Below the pieces are notes generated by a model. That model was given only the letters and a program-made list of their open reading frames with translations. It made no database searches and was not told the origin of the DNA. From Promethearchaeota archaeon (lineage in GTDB: Archaea > Asgardarchaeota > Lokiarchaeia > Sigyniarchaeales > Promethearchaeaceae), in the NCBI GenBank assembly GCA_016933055.1, contig JAFGBS010000009.1, forward strand, positions 630,001-662,000: a stretch of DNA of 32,000 nucleotides, given 5' to 3'. Position numbers and translations under genes: made by a program. Shown piece after piece: positions 1 through 8,452 of the stretch. Within the stretch, counting starts at the first letter, position 1. Each line of letters begins with the position of its first letter.

Positions 1-2
1 CC

Positions 3-551
3 AATTTTGATACTCGAAATGTCACCAGTTTGGAACTTTCTGATCCAGATGATTACAAGGCTGAAGCGTGGTTCTCGTCCGAAGCTAAGGTTACTGGTGG
101 GCGCATCATCACTCGAATCGCCGTATCGGGGAAGAATCAGAGTTTAGAGATTCGCGTGTGGTGTAACGATCCTGGACAATTAACAGGATTTCTGGCTAAA
201 ATCATTGAATTACTCTTCCTGGAAATTAATATCGTTAGGAAGGTAAAAGCAGAAGAACGTCAGCGCACCTTAGATGTAATGTCTATAACACAGAACCTAA
301 TTACTGCTAGTGATTTTTGTGCTGTTAGATATAAAGCTAAGGATATATTATTAAAATTAGAAGATACGCATTATCGTATGTCACGTGTAGTGGGTAATAC
401 AGATCCTACACTTGCTAAGATTCAGTATTGGATAGAAAAACTTCAGAAATATGACGAGGAAGAGAAAATCCAAGAGAAAGAAGCTGATTCGTTAATGAGT
501 GATATTGAAGGCTTCCAAAACACCCTAGCTCGAAGTTTAGCACCCACATAA
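3..551 (+). CDS. C-terminal part of a 5'-truncated hypothetical protein; possible coatomer/adaptin appendage platform-like domain followed by a helical bundle
   Basis: The frame is open from the window edge (NFDTRNVTSL precedes the TTG at 30), so the real start is upstream. The segment WFSSEAKVTGGRIITRIAVS...LEIRVWCNDPGQLTGFLAKI resembles platform subdomains, and the rest is amphipathic helices. The CDS is well supported; the domain call is tentative. Confidence 0.6.
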   Translation, partial: NFDTRNVTSLELSDPDDYKAEAWFSSEAKVTGGRIITRIAVSGKNQSLEIRVWCNDPGQLTGFLAKIIELLFLEINIVRKVKAEERQRTLDVMSITQNLITASDFCAVRYKAKDILLKLEDTHYRMSRVVGNTDPTLAKIQYWIEKLQKYDEEEKIQEKEADSLMSDIEGFQNTLARSLAPT

Positions 552-560
552 CACCTATCA

Positions 561-567
561 TTTTTTT
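561..567 (+). terminator. Oligo-T tract, candidate archaeal intrinsic terminator
   Basis: T7 run 10 nt after the stop at 551. Oligo-T termination is established in archaea, but T-runs are common in this AT-rich DNA. Confidence 0.3.
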
Positions 568-625
568 ATTGCTTTATTAACACACCAAAACTTTCCTTTT
601 TTTACCCTCTTGCATATTATCCCTT

Positions 626-2215
626 ATGATCAAACGTGCTTTAGTATCAGTGTTTAATAAAACTGGTGTTCTAAATTTCGTAAAAACCTTACAAGATGAA
701 TTTGGTATTGAGATCTTATCAACAGGAGGAACCGCTAAACTTCTACAAGAAAACGGAATTGAAGTTATTCAAGTATCGGATTATACAAAATCTCCAGAAG
801 TTTTTAGTGGACGGGTGAAAACATTGCATCCTCGTATTGAAGGAGGTATTTTAATGCGTCGAGATAATGAATCTGACTTAAAGGAAGCAGTAGAGAACAA
901 TATACCTCCCATAGACATGGTAGTATGCAATTTATATCCCTTTACGAACGTAATTTCGAAACCTGATGTCCCATTAGAAACAGCTTTGGAAATGATCGAC
1001 ATTGGAGGCCCGACAATGATCCGAGCAGCTGCCAAAACATTCCCTTTTGTGACCGTTATTTCTGATCCATCCCAGTTTGAGATGATATTGCAAGAATTGA
1101 GGGAAAATCATGGCCAAACAACTTTGAAAACTAGGGAAGCATTAGCAGTTACAGTGTTCCAGAAAATGGCTTTCTATGACAGCGCTATTGCAAATTATCT
1201 GATATCAAGGCAACACAAACAGCCATTACCTGAAATACTAATCCGTCAATACCAAAAAATACAAGACTGCAGATATGGAGAGAATTGGGATCAAAAAGCA
1301 GCATTCTATAGAGATATGGAAGCTGTTCTTGGATTATCTGATTTCAAACAGTTACACGGAAAGGAGTTATCCTTCAATAATTTCCTAGATGTGGACTCTT
1401 GCGTTCAGATGCTTTTAGATTTAGACACCAAACATTTTGTTACTGCGATTCTCAAACACACTACCCCCAATGGAGTGGCAATAGATTATGAAAGTCAGCT
1501 TGAATCCTGTAAACGGGCTTTTAGTTGCGATCCCATGTCTGCATTTGGAGGAGTTTGGGGATTTAATAAGAAATTAGAAAAATCAGTAGCCGATTACATT
1601 ATCAATGAAAAGAAAATATTTGTAGAGGTAATAATCGCTCCCGAATATGAGGAGAGTGCATTATCTATATTAAAGACCAAAGAAAATATTCGTATACTTG
1701 AATTTCCTGGCTTTCTAGACCGTCGGGATGAATTTTATGCAAGACCTGAGCTAAGAAGCACTCTTGGGGGGGTTCTGATGCAAGATTACGATTCGGGTCC
1801 TGTTATAAAGGAATGGGATGAAAAAACAAGCAGGAAAACTGATGAACGCGAAAAAGAAGCCTTGATTTTTGCCTATAAGGTAACTAAATGGGCAAAAAGT
1901 AATTCTGCAGCGTTTGCTAAGGAATACGAAACTGGAGTATACACATTAGGTATAGGAGCAGGACAACAATCTAGGGTACATGTTGTAAAACTAGCGATTC
2001 AAAAAGCTCACGAATTTGGACATGACTTAAAAAATAGTGTAATGGGAACGGATTCATTCTTTCCCTTTCCGGATGGACCCGAAGCCGCAGCAAAAGCAGG
2101 CGCCAAGGCTATTTTAACTGTTGGCGGTTCCATTCGAGATGATGTAGTCATCCAACGAGCTGAAGAATTAGGTATATCATTAGTGTTCTGCGGTAAGCGC
2201 GTATTTCGTCATTAA
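626..2215 (+). CDS. purH: Bifunctional AICAR transformylase / IMP cyclohydrolase
   Basis: Motifs RALVSV, ILSTGGTAK, GRVKTLHP, VVCNLYPF, IDIGGPTMIRAAAK, RYGEN, KELSFNN, KSN, IGAGQQSRV, DSFFPFPDG, GGSIRD, RVFRH; 529 aa, bacterial-type full length. Confidence 0.98.
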   Translation: MIKRALVSVFNKTGVLNFVKTLQDEFGIEILSTGGTAKLLQENGIEVIQVSDYTKSPEVFSGRVKTLHPRIEGGILMRRDNESDLKEAVENNIPPIDMVVCNLYPFTNVISKPDVPLETALEMIDIGGPTMIRAAAKTFPFVTVISDPSQFEMILQELRENHGQTTLKTREALAVTVFQKMAFYDSAIANYLISRQHKQPLPEILIRQYQKIQDCRYGENWDQKAAFYRDMEAVLGLSDFKQLHGKELSFNNFLDVDSCVQMLLDLDTKHFVTAILKHTTPNGVAIDYESQLESCKRAFSCDPMSAFGGVWGFNKKLEKSVADYIINEKKIFVEVIIAPEYEESALSILKTKENIRILEFPGFLDRRDEFYARPELRSTLGGVLMQDYDSGPVIKEWDEKTSRKTDEREKEALIFAYKVTKWAKSNSAAFAKEYETGVYTLGIGAGQQSRVHVVKLAIQKAHEFGHDLKNSVMGTDSFFPFPDGPEAAAKAGAKAILTVGGSIRDDVVIQRAEELGISLVFCGKRVFRH

Positions 2216-2245
2216 CTTCACACTAAAAAATATAAAAATCTAGAA

Positions 2246-3250
2246 TTATAGTTTCTTTTTCTTCAAGAAAATTGCTAAAGGGACCCCTATTACTAGAAAT
2301 ACGCCAATACCGATTCCAATATAAATCCATAATTCGAGATTAACTAGTCTGGGTTCTTCGGGACCTTGAGGATTCTCGGTACTTTCTTGTGCGATCATGG
2401 TGAACATCCACCACATTGCATAAGTTTTCATATTAGCGTTCAATGGTTGGGAATGAGCAGAAGGACAAGAAAACCAATCCAATCCTTCAGTGTGGCTATT
2501 TTGCCATTCTATAGCCCAATTACCTCCATCATAATCACAGTCATCTTGAACATTCTTATCACCGAAATATTTTCCATCGGGATCATAACTTTCAATATCA
2601 GCAAAATCAAATAGAACTCTATTATTGGACGAACAATATGAACGGATTTGTTCATTTCTGATATGAAGATTTCCGGTTAAACCAGTTCCGTCGACATGAC
2701 CAGTCATATATACAAATGTTACATTGGGATAATCAATCTCTAATTCTGACATCAAACTTAGATATGTGTCGATGTTGGATTCACTAGCTGAGGAAACTTG
2801 CCCACACCAACTACCCATTAACACGTTTACGTCAGGATTATCATTTAAGTAGATTCGCGCTCGGTTCTTCCAAGTGGTCCAATCGGGATTTCCTAAATCC
2901 CCGTCAAAACAGTAGTCATCCAAATCGAGACTATTACCATCACCGTTTTCAGTCCAGTTATACAATTCTCCTTTAAATTCAATCATTTCACCCCTATTAC
3001 CAGTTAATTGACTTCCATGGCTTGTATGGAAATATCCTACATGAAGAATGTCTTTTGCATATTGAACCTTTGTCGAATTAATTAAGTCCAAGCGAACTTG
3101 GTTTATAATCGTATGATCTGCAATAATGGAGGTGGATATAATTGACGGATTTGGGTATTGTTCAATGGATGCAAACTGAGGAAGAGTGTACGGTGCACAA
3201 ACACAAAAAACTATTATACTAAAATTCAGATAAAATAATTTATGTACCAT
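2246..3250 (-). CDS. Membrane-anchored extracellular protein, putative SGNH-like/alpha-beta hydrolase domain
   Basis: Hydrophobic N-terminus; core with HTSHG, SWCGQ, YMTGH and FDFADIESYDPDG; C-terminal TM helix (LWIYIGIGIGVFLVIGVPLAIFL) followed by KKKKL. Confidence 0.7.
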   Translation of the reverse strand: MVHKLFYLNFSIIVFCVCAPYTLPQFASIEQYPNPSIISTSIIADHTIINQVRLDLINSTKVQYAKDILHVGYFHTSHGSQLTGNRGEMIEFKGELYNWTENGDGNSLDLDDYCFDGDLGNPDWTTWKNRARIYLNDNPDVNVLMGSWCGQVSSASESNIDTYLSLMSELEIDYPNVTFVYMTGHVDGTGLTGNLHIRNEQIRSYCSSNNRVLFDFADIESYDPDGKYFGDKNVQDDCDYDGGNWAIEWQNSHTEGLDWFSCPSAHSQPLNANMKTYAMWWMFTMIAQESTENPQGPEEPRLVNLELWIYIGIGIGVFLVIGVPLAIFLKKKKL

Positions 3251-3339
3251 ATCTTATCCAGCACAATAATTGTATAAATATTTCAATGTTCTAGTAGGAT
3301 GGAATATTACCCTCATTGAAAAAAGTGATGAAGGCAATT

Positions 3340-3843
3340 TTACATTTGTGTTTCGACTTTTTTTGCAATTCGATTTCGAGAAATCGTCATGATCAGTAGC
3401 ATCAGTCCCAAAATTACTCCACCTGCAACATAAACCCAAATATTCGTAGGTGCACTTGCGGGGATTATTGTCATCCAAACTTCATCAGAAATTGTATTTC
3501 CTAATCCATCATTTACCACGATAGTAATATTGTAAATCTTTGGTTCCAGATCTGTTGGTGGGTTAATTATTATCGTTCCCTCCCCCCCCTCCAAATTCCA
3601 TGTAAAAGCAGAAATGAATTTGACCCCATCTCTGAACACATCATAGGTTGGATTGCTACCTACCGAATCTATTGTAACAACCCATGTTATGCTGATTTCA
3701 TCTCCTGCTTGTACAGAAAAATCATCCGGATGGGTAATACTATCGAATCCTTGTGCGTGAACAATTCCAGACATACAAATAAAAAGTACTACGATATAAA
3801 CTAAATACAATTTAGACTTGATTCTTTTCAAATTCGAATTCAC
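3340..3843 (-). CDS. Cell-surface protein: signal peptide, single Ig-like beta-sandwich, C-terminal TM anchor
   Basis: Signal-like LYLVYIVVLFICMSGIVHA; Ig-like pattern HPDD..V.AG..I.W...YDVFRDG..W...YNITIVVNDGLGN..SDEVWMTI; TM helix IWVYVAGGVILGLMLLIMTI followed by basic residues. Confidence 0.8.
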   Translation of the reverse strand: MNSNLKRIKSKLYLVYIVVLFICMSGIVHAQGFDSITHPDDFSVQAGDEISITWVVTIDSVGSNPTYDVFRDGVKFISAFTWNLEGGEGTIIINPPTDLEPKIYNITIVVNDGLGNTISDEVWMTIIPASAPTNIWVYVAGGVILGLMLLIMTISRNRIAKKVETQM

Positions 3844-4033
3844 TATACAATCAATATTAAAAAAAAAATAAATTCTTTTGTTTCAATTCCAAACGAGTGA
3901 TATTTTGCATTATCCATCTTTGGTTAATCAACATCTATTCCATCCTTTCGAGCGATTTTTTTATGCCTTCCATAGTGATTTATTAATACATAATCCAATT
4001 GACTCTTTATAAAAAAAGGAAATGTGAGGCATC

Positions 4034-5452
4034 TTGAATCCAAGTGTTGGGAAACTGGTATATGATGAAGAATTATACGAACCCATTCATGGGATGGGAA
4101 ATATGGTCATCAATTATCATTTTGAATTGAATCCTGATCGATCAACTCTCAAAAATTTTGAAGAGTCAAGAAAAGATCTAGAGGATTTTTTCGAATGGTT
4201 TGAAAAAAAACAACAAGAAATGGAAAAAAAGTATTACAGTGCTAATGGAGAAGCGAAGATTGCTGCTGCGAAAGAATTGATACGCTTTCTTTTGGATGCT
4301 TATGTGAAGTGGGGGGAGATTCAAACGCCCAGTAGCGGTAAATGGAATGGATTTTATACCATTACTGCAAGGTTGAAAGCAATAAATTTCAATATAGACC
4401 ATTCCAGCGATTTATCCATGGTTGTTCACAAATCCTCGAATTCGAAAGGGCGGTCTAATGTAACCGGTACAGTCACCAATGGAATAAGTAAAGTTGATGC
4501 AGGATCCATGTTGAAAGGAAAATTGCGATATTTGGGAGAGATGACTGGTTATATATCTGGGGGCAAATTATCCCTTATCGTCACAGAATGCATTCAAGAT
4601 TTGGATCTTAAAATTCTCGGAGGATTAGCTTCTGGAACGATGACTGCATTCAACAAAAACTCCAGGGAAGGTATATCTGGTTTAAAAAAATACAAGTTGT
4701 TGGTTAAGGTCGGGGAAAAGCAATTACCGATGAAAATAGAACTTATAAAATGTGGTGAACAAGTCCGGCAATTTGATTTTGAAGGATACGAAGAATTCGA
4801 ATTCGATGAACTATTACGTAAATATTTCACATGGTTAGTTCATACTACTGACGAAGTTAGGACTGCACAGTTTTCCTCGTGCAGTCTTCAAGAGAAAATG
4901 GAATTAGCCATGGATATGTTTACGGAATTATTGAATTTATTGGCGAAAGGGCAATCGCTTGGAATACCTCAAGGGGTTTTGCAGGAATTGAATCTGATTA
5001 CTAATACTGTGGATTCTTTGTATGATAAATGGTTTCGGATGTGGTTTATTGCGGGACGAACCTTCTGGGAAGAAAAAGTTAACTCAAGCCCATCAATTGC
5101 AAATTATAAAAGTCGTTTTTATTACTTTTTGAGCGCTGCGGAATTAAATGTAACTAGTATTGTGTCGAAACAACCTTTTCGAGATTTCAAAATCACCTTG
5201 CCCGGAGAAGCTATTGATGCGGCATTCATTGACTATTATAATATTGCTCTCCAGGATTGGCTGGAAAGAGTAACCGAGAATCCAAAGATAGTGAGAGATG
5301 CCGTGGGGTGGGTAGTGAAATTAAGCGAATTAATATTTACCAAGGTCATATCTGAATCCGCAGGTAAACGGATAGGGTTGATTCCATTACCTCCCACGGC
5401 ATATTATCAATTATATAAAGCAGCGGGGATAAAGGGGGTAAAAGAAAGATGA
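4034..5452 (+). CDS. Hypothetical protein (472 aa), helical / beta-rich / helical, no recognised family
   Basis: Long ORF with GTGAGG 4 nt before the TTG; ATGA overlap with the next gene; no signal peptide or TM segment. Confidence 0.8.
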   Translation: MNPSVGKLVYDEELYEPIHGMGNMVINYHFELNPDRSTLKNFEESRKDLEDFFEWFEKKQQEMEKKYYSANGEAKIAAAKELIRFLLDAYVKWGEIQTPSSGKWNGFYTITARLKAINFNIDHSSDLSMVVHKSSNSKGRSNVTGTVTNGISKVDAGSMLKGKLRYLGEMTGYISGGKLSLIVTECIQDLDLKILGGLASGTMTAFNKNSREGISGLKKYKLLVKVGEKQLPMKIELIKCGEQVRQFDFEGYEEFEFDELLRKYFTWLVHTTDEVRTAQFSSCSLQEKMELAMDMFTELLNLLAKGQSLGIPQGVLQELNLITNTVDSLYDKWFRMWFIAGRTFWEEKVNSSPSIANYKSRFYYFLSAAELNVTSIVSKQPFRDFKITLPGEAIDAAFIDYYNIALQDWLERVTENPKIVRDAVGWVVKLSELIFTKVISESAGKRIGLIPLPPTAYYQLYKAAGIKGVKER

Positions 5453-6789
5453 ACCACGATCAGCGCTATCGTAAATCTACCGTAGATCACTTACCAGAAT
5501 GGAAAATCCCCCAATTTCCCGATGTTCCTTTAGCGGACACAAATTATACCACAACGGTTGAATTGGAACCTCAAGGATACACCTATAAAAACCCTATATC
5601 CCAGAAAGAAATTCTGGATACTGAAGTGAAAATAGTCAAAATGGAACTGGAAAAAAACAAATCCGTGAAGATTCGGGTTGGGATAGAAGAATCGGCTCGA
5701 ATTTCTCACAGTGATGCGGTCCCTTGCGTCATGGTGATCGGTGAGGACTTTCATCCATTTGATTTTTGGGCATCCTTTTTTAGCTCAATTGGTTTAATGG
5801 GATATCCTTTGGAATTTGCAATGGGAACGGCTAATCAACCTGCGGAAATTGCATTTACTCCACAGTGCAATAAACTCGTTCGAGTGGCATTCTGGGTACT
5901 ACGAGGTCCGTTGAAAACCGCTTCTGAAGAAAAATCTTTCGGAATGAAAGCTTCAGATGTTAATAAATTCTTGGAGATTGTGCGAAATCAACCCTTTTAC
6001 CTCGCATGGCTAGGGCACAATTATGATATCCAAGAGATGCAATCAAAATGGAAGAACAATGACCAGTCTGATTGGAAAACTGCTCCTCTTAACTGTTCGA
6101 TCTTACCGGGGGTTGAAGGAACTTCAAGTTATAGAAATTTGTTACCTTCTCTTTTGGAAAAGTATGGGATTAATCCCATGGCTTTATGTGGATCTAATGC
6201 AGATCAAAAACGTTGGTTAGCCATAACTGAACGCATGTCCTCACTATCGGAAACCATCAACAAAACAATCGAAATGGTAAAAACCCATGCACTAAATATA
6301 AACGAGAACCCACTGTTTAAAATCCGATTGCAGAGCTATTTGAAACATCCCTCACTTTATATTGACTTGCTAAAGAATCATCGTAAATACATCAATTGGT
6401 CAAAAAGTGAAGTTCACGCTTCCTTTATCATGATGGAAATCGCTCAAGCAAGTTCCACGCTAGAAATATTAGAGAGTGAAGTTTCAGTTGTGTTAGCAGA
6501 TTTCCTCACTCATCTCGCCGCTTTTGATGCTATAATTACTACAAAAAATGGACTGGTCACTGCATCAACCTCGAAAAACTTCCAATTGACCCTCTGGGAG
6601 AATGATTATTGGTCTGTGCTAGAAGACGCAATGGATACTCACGAACTCGGACAGAACCTTCTTCTTATCAGCGAAGCTCAACGAGAACCTGTGCTTGAAT
6701 GTGATTATGTGATGGGTGCCGTGTCCCTTCTAGACGAAAACGGTACGATCATAGGGTGGTTATTAATGAAAATAGTCATAGGGGGATGA
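5449..6789 (+). CDS. Hypothetical protein (446 aa); possible N-terminal PPC-like jelly-roll and C-terminal Cache/PDC-like domain
   Basis: Long ORF coupled to the upstream gene. The C-terminus AIITTKNGLVTAST...YW...ISE...AVSLLDENGTIIGWL matches the Cache-like pattern by eye. Confidence 0.75.
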   Translation: MNHDQRYRKSTVDHLPEWKIPQFPDVPLADTNYTTTVELEPQGYTYKNPISQKEILDTEVKIVKMELEKNKSVKIRVGIEESARISHSDAVPCVMVIGEDFHPFDFWASFFSSIGLMGYPLEFAMGTANQPAEIAFTPQCNKLVRVAFWVLRGPLKTASEEKSFGMKASDVNKFLEIVRNQPFYLAWLGHNYDIQEMQSKWKNNDQSDWKTAPLNCSILPGVEGTSSYRNLLPSLLEKYGINPMALCGSNADQKRWLAITERMSSLSETINKTIEMVKTHALNINENPLFKIRLQSYLKHPSLYIDLLKNHRKYINWSKSEVHASFIMMEIAQASSTLEILESEVSVVLADFLTHLAAFDAIITTKNGLVTASTSKNFQLTLWENDYWSVLEDAMDTHELGQNLLLISEAQREPVLECDYVMGAVSLLDENGTIIGWLLMKIVIGG

Positions 6790-7420
6790 AGTCTTTCTAT
6801 TATTACTTCGAATTAGAATAAATATCTCGGAAGGCGCTATGGAATTCGCATAGCAGCTGCCTGGAATCGATTTCAATATGATACTTAAGGCCACTAGATT
6901 GCGTTTTGGTCATTACAATGATTTATGAAAATCAAGTGTATCAAGTGTCCAGATTTTAAATAGGGCGGAATCTGGGGAACATTTTTTCCCATAAGGTATA
7001 AATTGAAATAGATAAATGGACGAATTTGATACAACTGTGATCTTTATACGACAATTTTTGTGCCATTTTGATTCAAAAATTGGATTCCTACTCAATTCGA
7101 TTATTTTTAAAGAAATTGTGATAACAATAAATAAGTTCTTTACAGCCCTATAACTAATAATTAGCAGGGAATATGGGATAGTATTTGATAAATTTATATG
7201 AAAAAAATACACGCACCAAAAAAATTGGGCTCAGATTTACGAGACTCCTTAACATTCCTAATTTTAATGTACAATGATGTAATTGTTATATCTACATATC
7301 TAAATTAGATTTCAAATCAATAACGACACAAGTACTACTAACAGGTAAATTTAGGAAAACATGAATTCCCACTGAGAAGAATAATTGGAAAAAATCTTAA
7401 AAAAATATAATGAACATGTA

Positions 7421-7606
7421 ATGAAAATACTAGTAACAGGGAGTTCTGGATTTTTAGGGCATGCGATCAGAATCCATCTGGCCAATATCGGTCATGAAAC
7501 ATATGGGACCACTCGATCTCGACCACCTATGGACGAGCGGGAATTTCGGTTCGATGTTATCAAAGATTCTTGTGAAAAGACTTTTAAAAATATAAATTTT
7601 GAGTAA
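7421..7606 (+). pseudogene. Truncated NAD-dependent epimerase/dehydratase (SDR) N-terminal fragment
   Basis: MKILVTGSSGFLGHAIRIHL is a Rossmann GxxGxxG start, but TAA follows after about 61 aa. There is no room for the catalytic YxxxK part before the convergent gene ending at 7682. Confidence 0.8.
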
Positions 7607-7681
7607 TCACAAGTACACGCAGAAAGAGGGACAAAAACTGCGATTTTTAATTTTTCTTCACTCATTATTACTCATTTCAAC

Positions 7682-8138
7682 TTAAGTTTTTGATTTATCG
7701 CTTTTTAGAACTGCTTCAACTATTAAATGCTTTACCATATCAATTTGAGTAGGTGTTATATATTCAAATATCAATTTTGATGAATTCGTAGGGATATCCT
7801 TTGCCAGTGAAAATTTTTTAATACTAAGATCTCCCACAACATTTATGGGAACTGGTTTAAATCCTGCTTGTTCAATTAATTTCTTAGAGCATGATAAAGG
7901 GCATCCATCAACAGTGATAATCTGCTTGGATGCTTTAGTCTTTGATATCACATTTGGTGATTTTAAAGGGATTGCAGCAAGACAGCCAATTCCTGCTTTC
8001 TTCAGACCAAGAATTTTTATTACTTCTAGTGCCCCCATCAGCTAACAAACCAGTATTTGACATACATCCAAAACAAGAAAATTCAATATTTTCTGAAATA
8101 TCTATTCCTGGTTGGATATTATTTTCTTCTTTTTTCAT
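7682..8138 (-). pseudogene. DGC-domain putative zinc-binding protein split by a +1 frameshift (or sequencing error)
   Basis: The 5' part (ATG 8138) encodes FSCFGCMSNTGLLA. The 3' part, in another frame, encodes GALE...AGIGCLAAIP...IITVDGCPLSCSKK. The frames switch at the C5/G5 run at 8032-8036; total 457 nt = 3n+1. Confidence 0.8.
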
Positions 8139-8434
8139 TTGACCGATAACTCCTTTTTGGGAAAATTTGCTTCTAAAAAACGTCGAAGTTCCAAAAATGA
8201 TGAAAAAATTAATGGTTTATCTCGATTAGGGGGATCAAGGATTACTACTGAATTATTAAAAAGACGATAGGATTGTGCTTCTTCTCCCTGAATGTCTTTG
8301 ACTTCGACATCAATTTTTTCACTATAGGGGATAAATTCAGCAAATATCCTGTCCATGAATCGAGTGTAACTACATCCACAAGTTGAAATCGGAACAAAAA
8401 CCAAAACTTTCAGTTTTTTATCTTCTTCAGTCAT
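8135..8434 (-). CDS. Small thioredoxin-fold-like protein with TCGC motif
   Basis: Beta strand KVLVFVP, then STCGCSY, a helix, IDVEVKDI and NNSVVI; sits within the operon and overlaps the next start (ATGA). Confidence 0.7.
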   Translation of the reverse strand: MTEEDKKLKVLVFVPISTCGCSYTRFMDRIFAEFIPYSEKIDVEVKDIQGEEAQSYRLFNNSVVILDPPNRDKPLIFSSFLELRRFLEANFPKKELSVK

Positions 8435-8452
8435 TTTATATCACAAAAAAAA

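Noticed and set aside
3581-3590. C8 homopolymer in the Ig-like gene as a possible phase-variation tract
   Set aside because: The frame is intact (encodes EGGEG) and there is no evidence of slippage from a single sequence.
6931-6948. Tandem 9-mer ATCAAGTGT x2
   Set aside because: Only two copies with no spacers; not a CRISPR array or meaningful repeat.
6803-7212. 99-aa ORF (6913-7212, minus) followed by a TAATG-coupled 36-aa ORF (MTKTQSSGLKY...)
   Set aside because: No recognisable motif or RBS, composition not convincingly protein-like; the overlap could be chance in AT-rich DNA.
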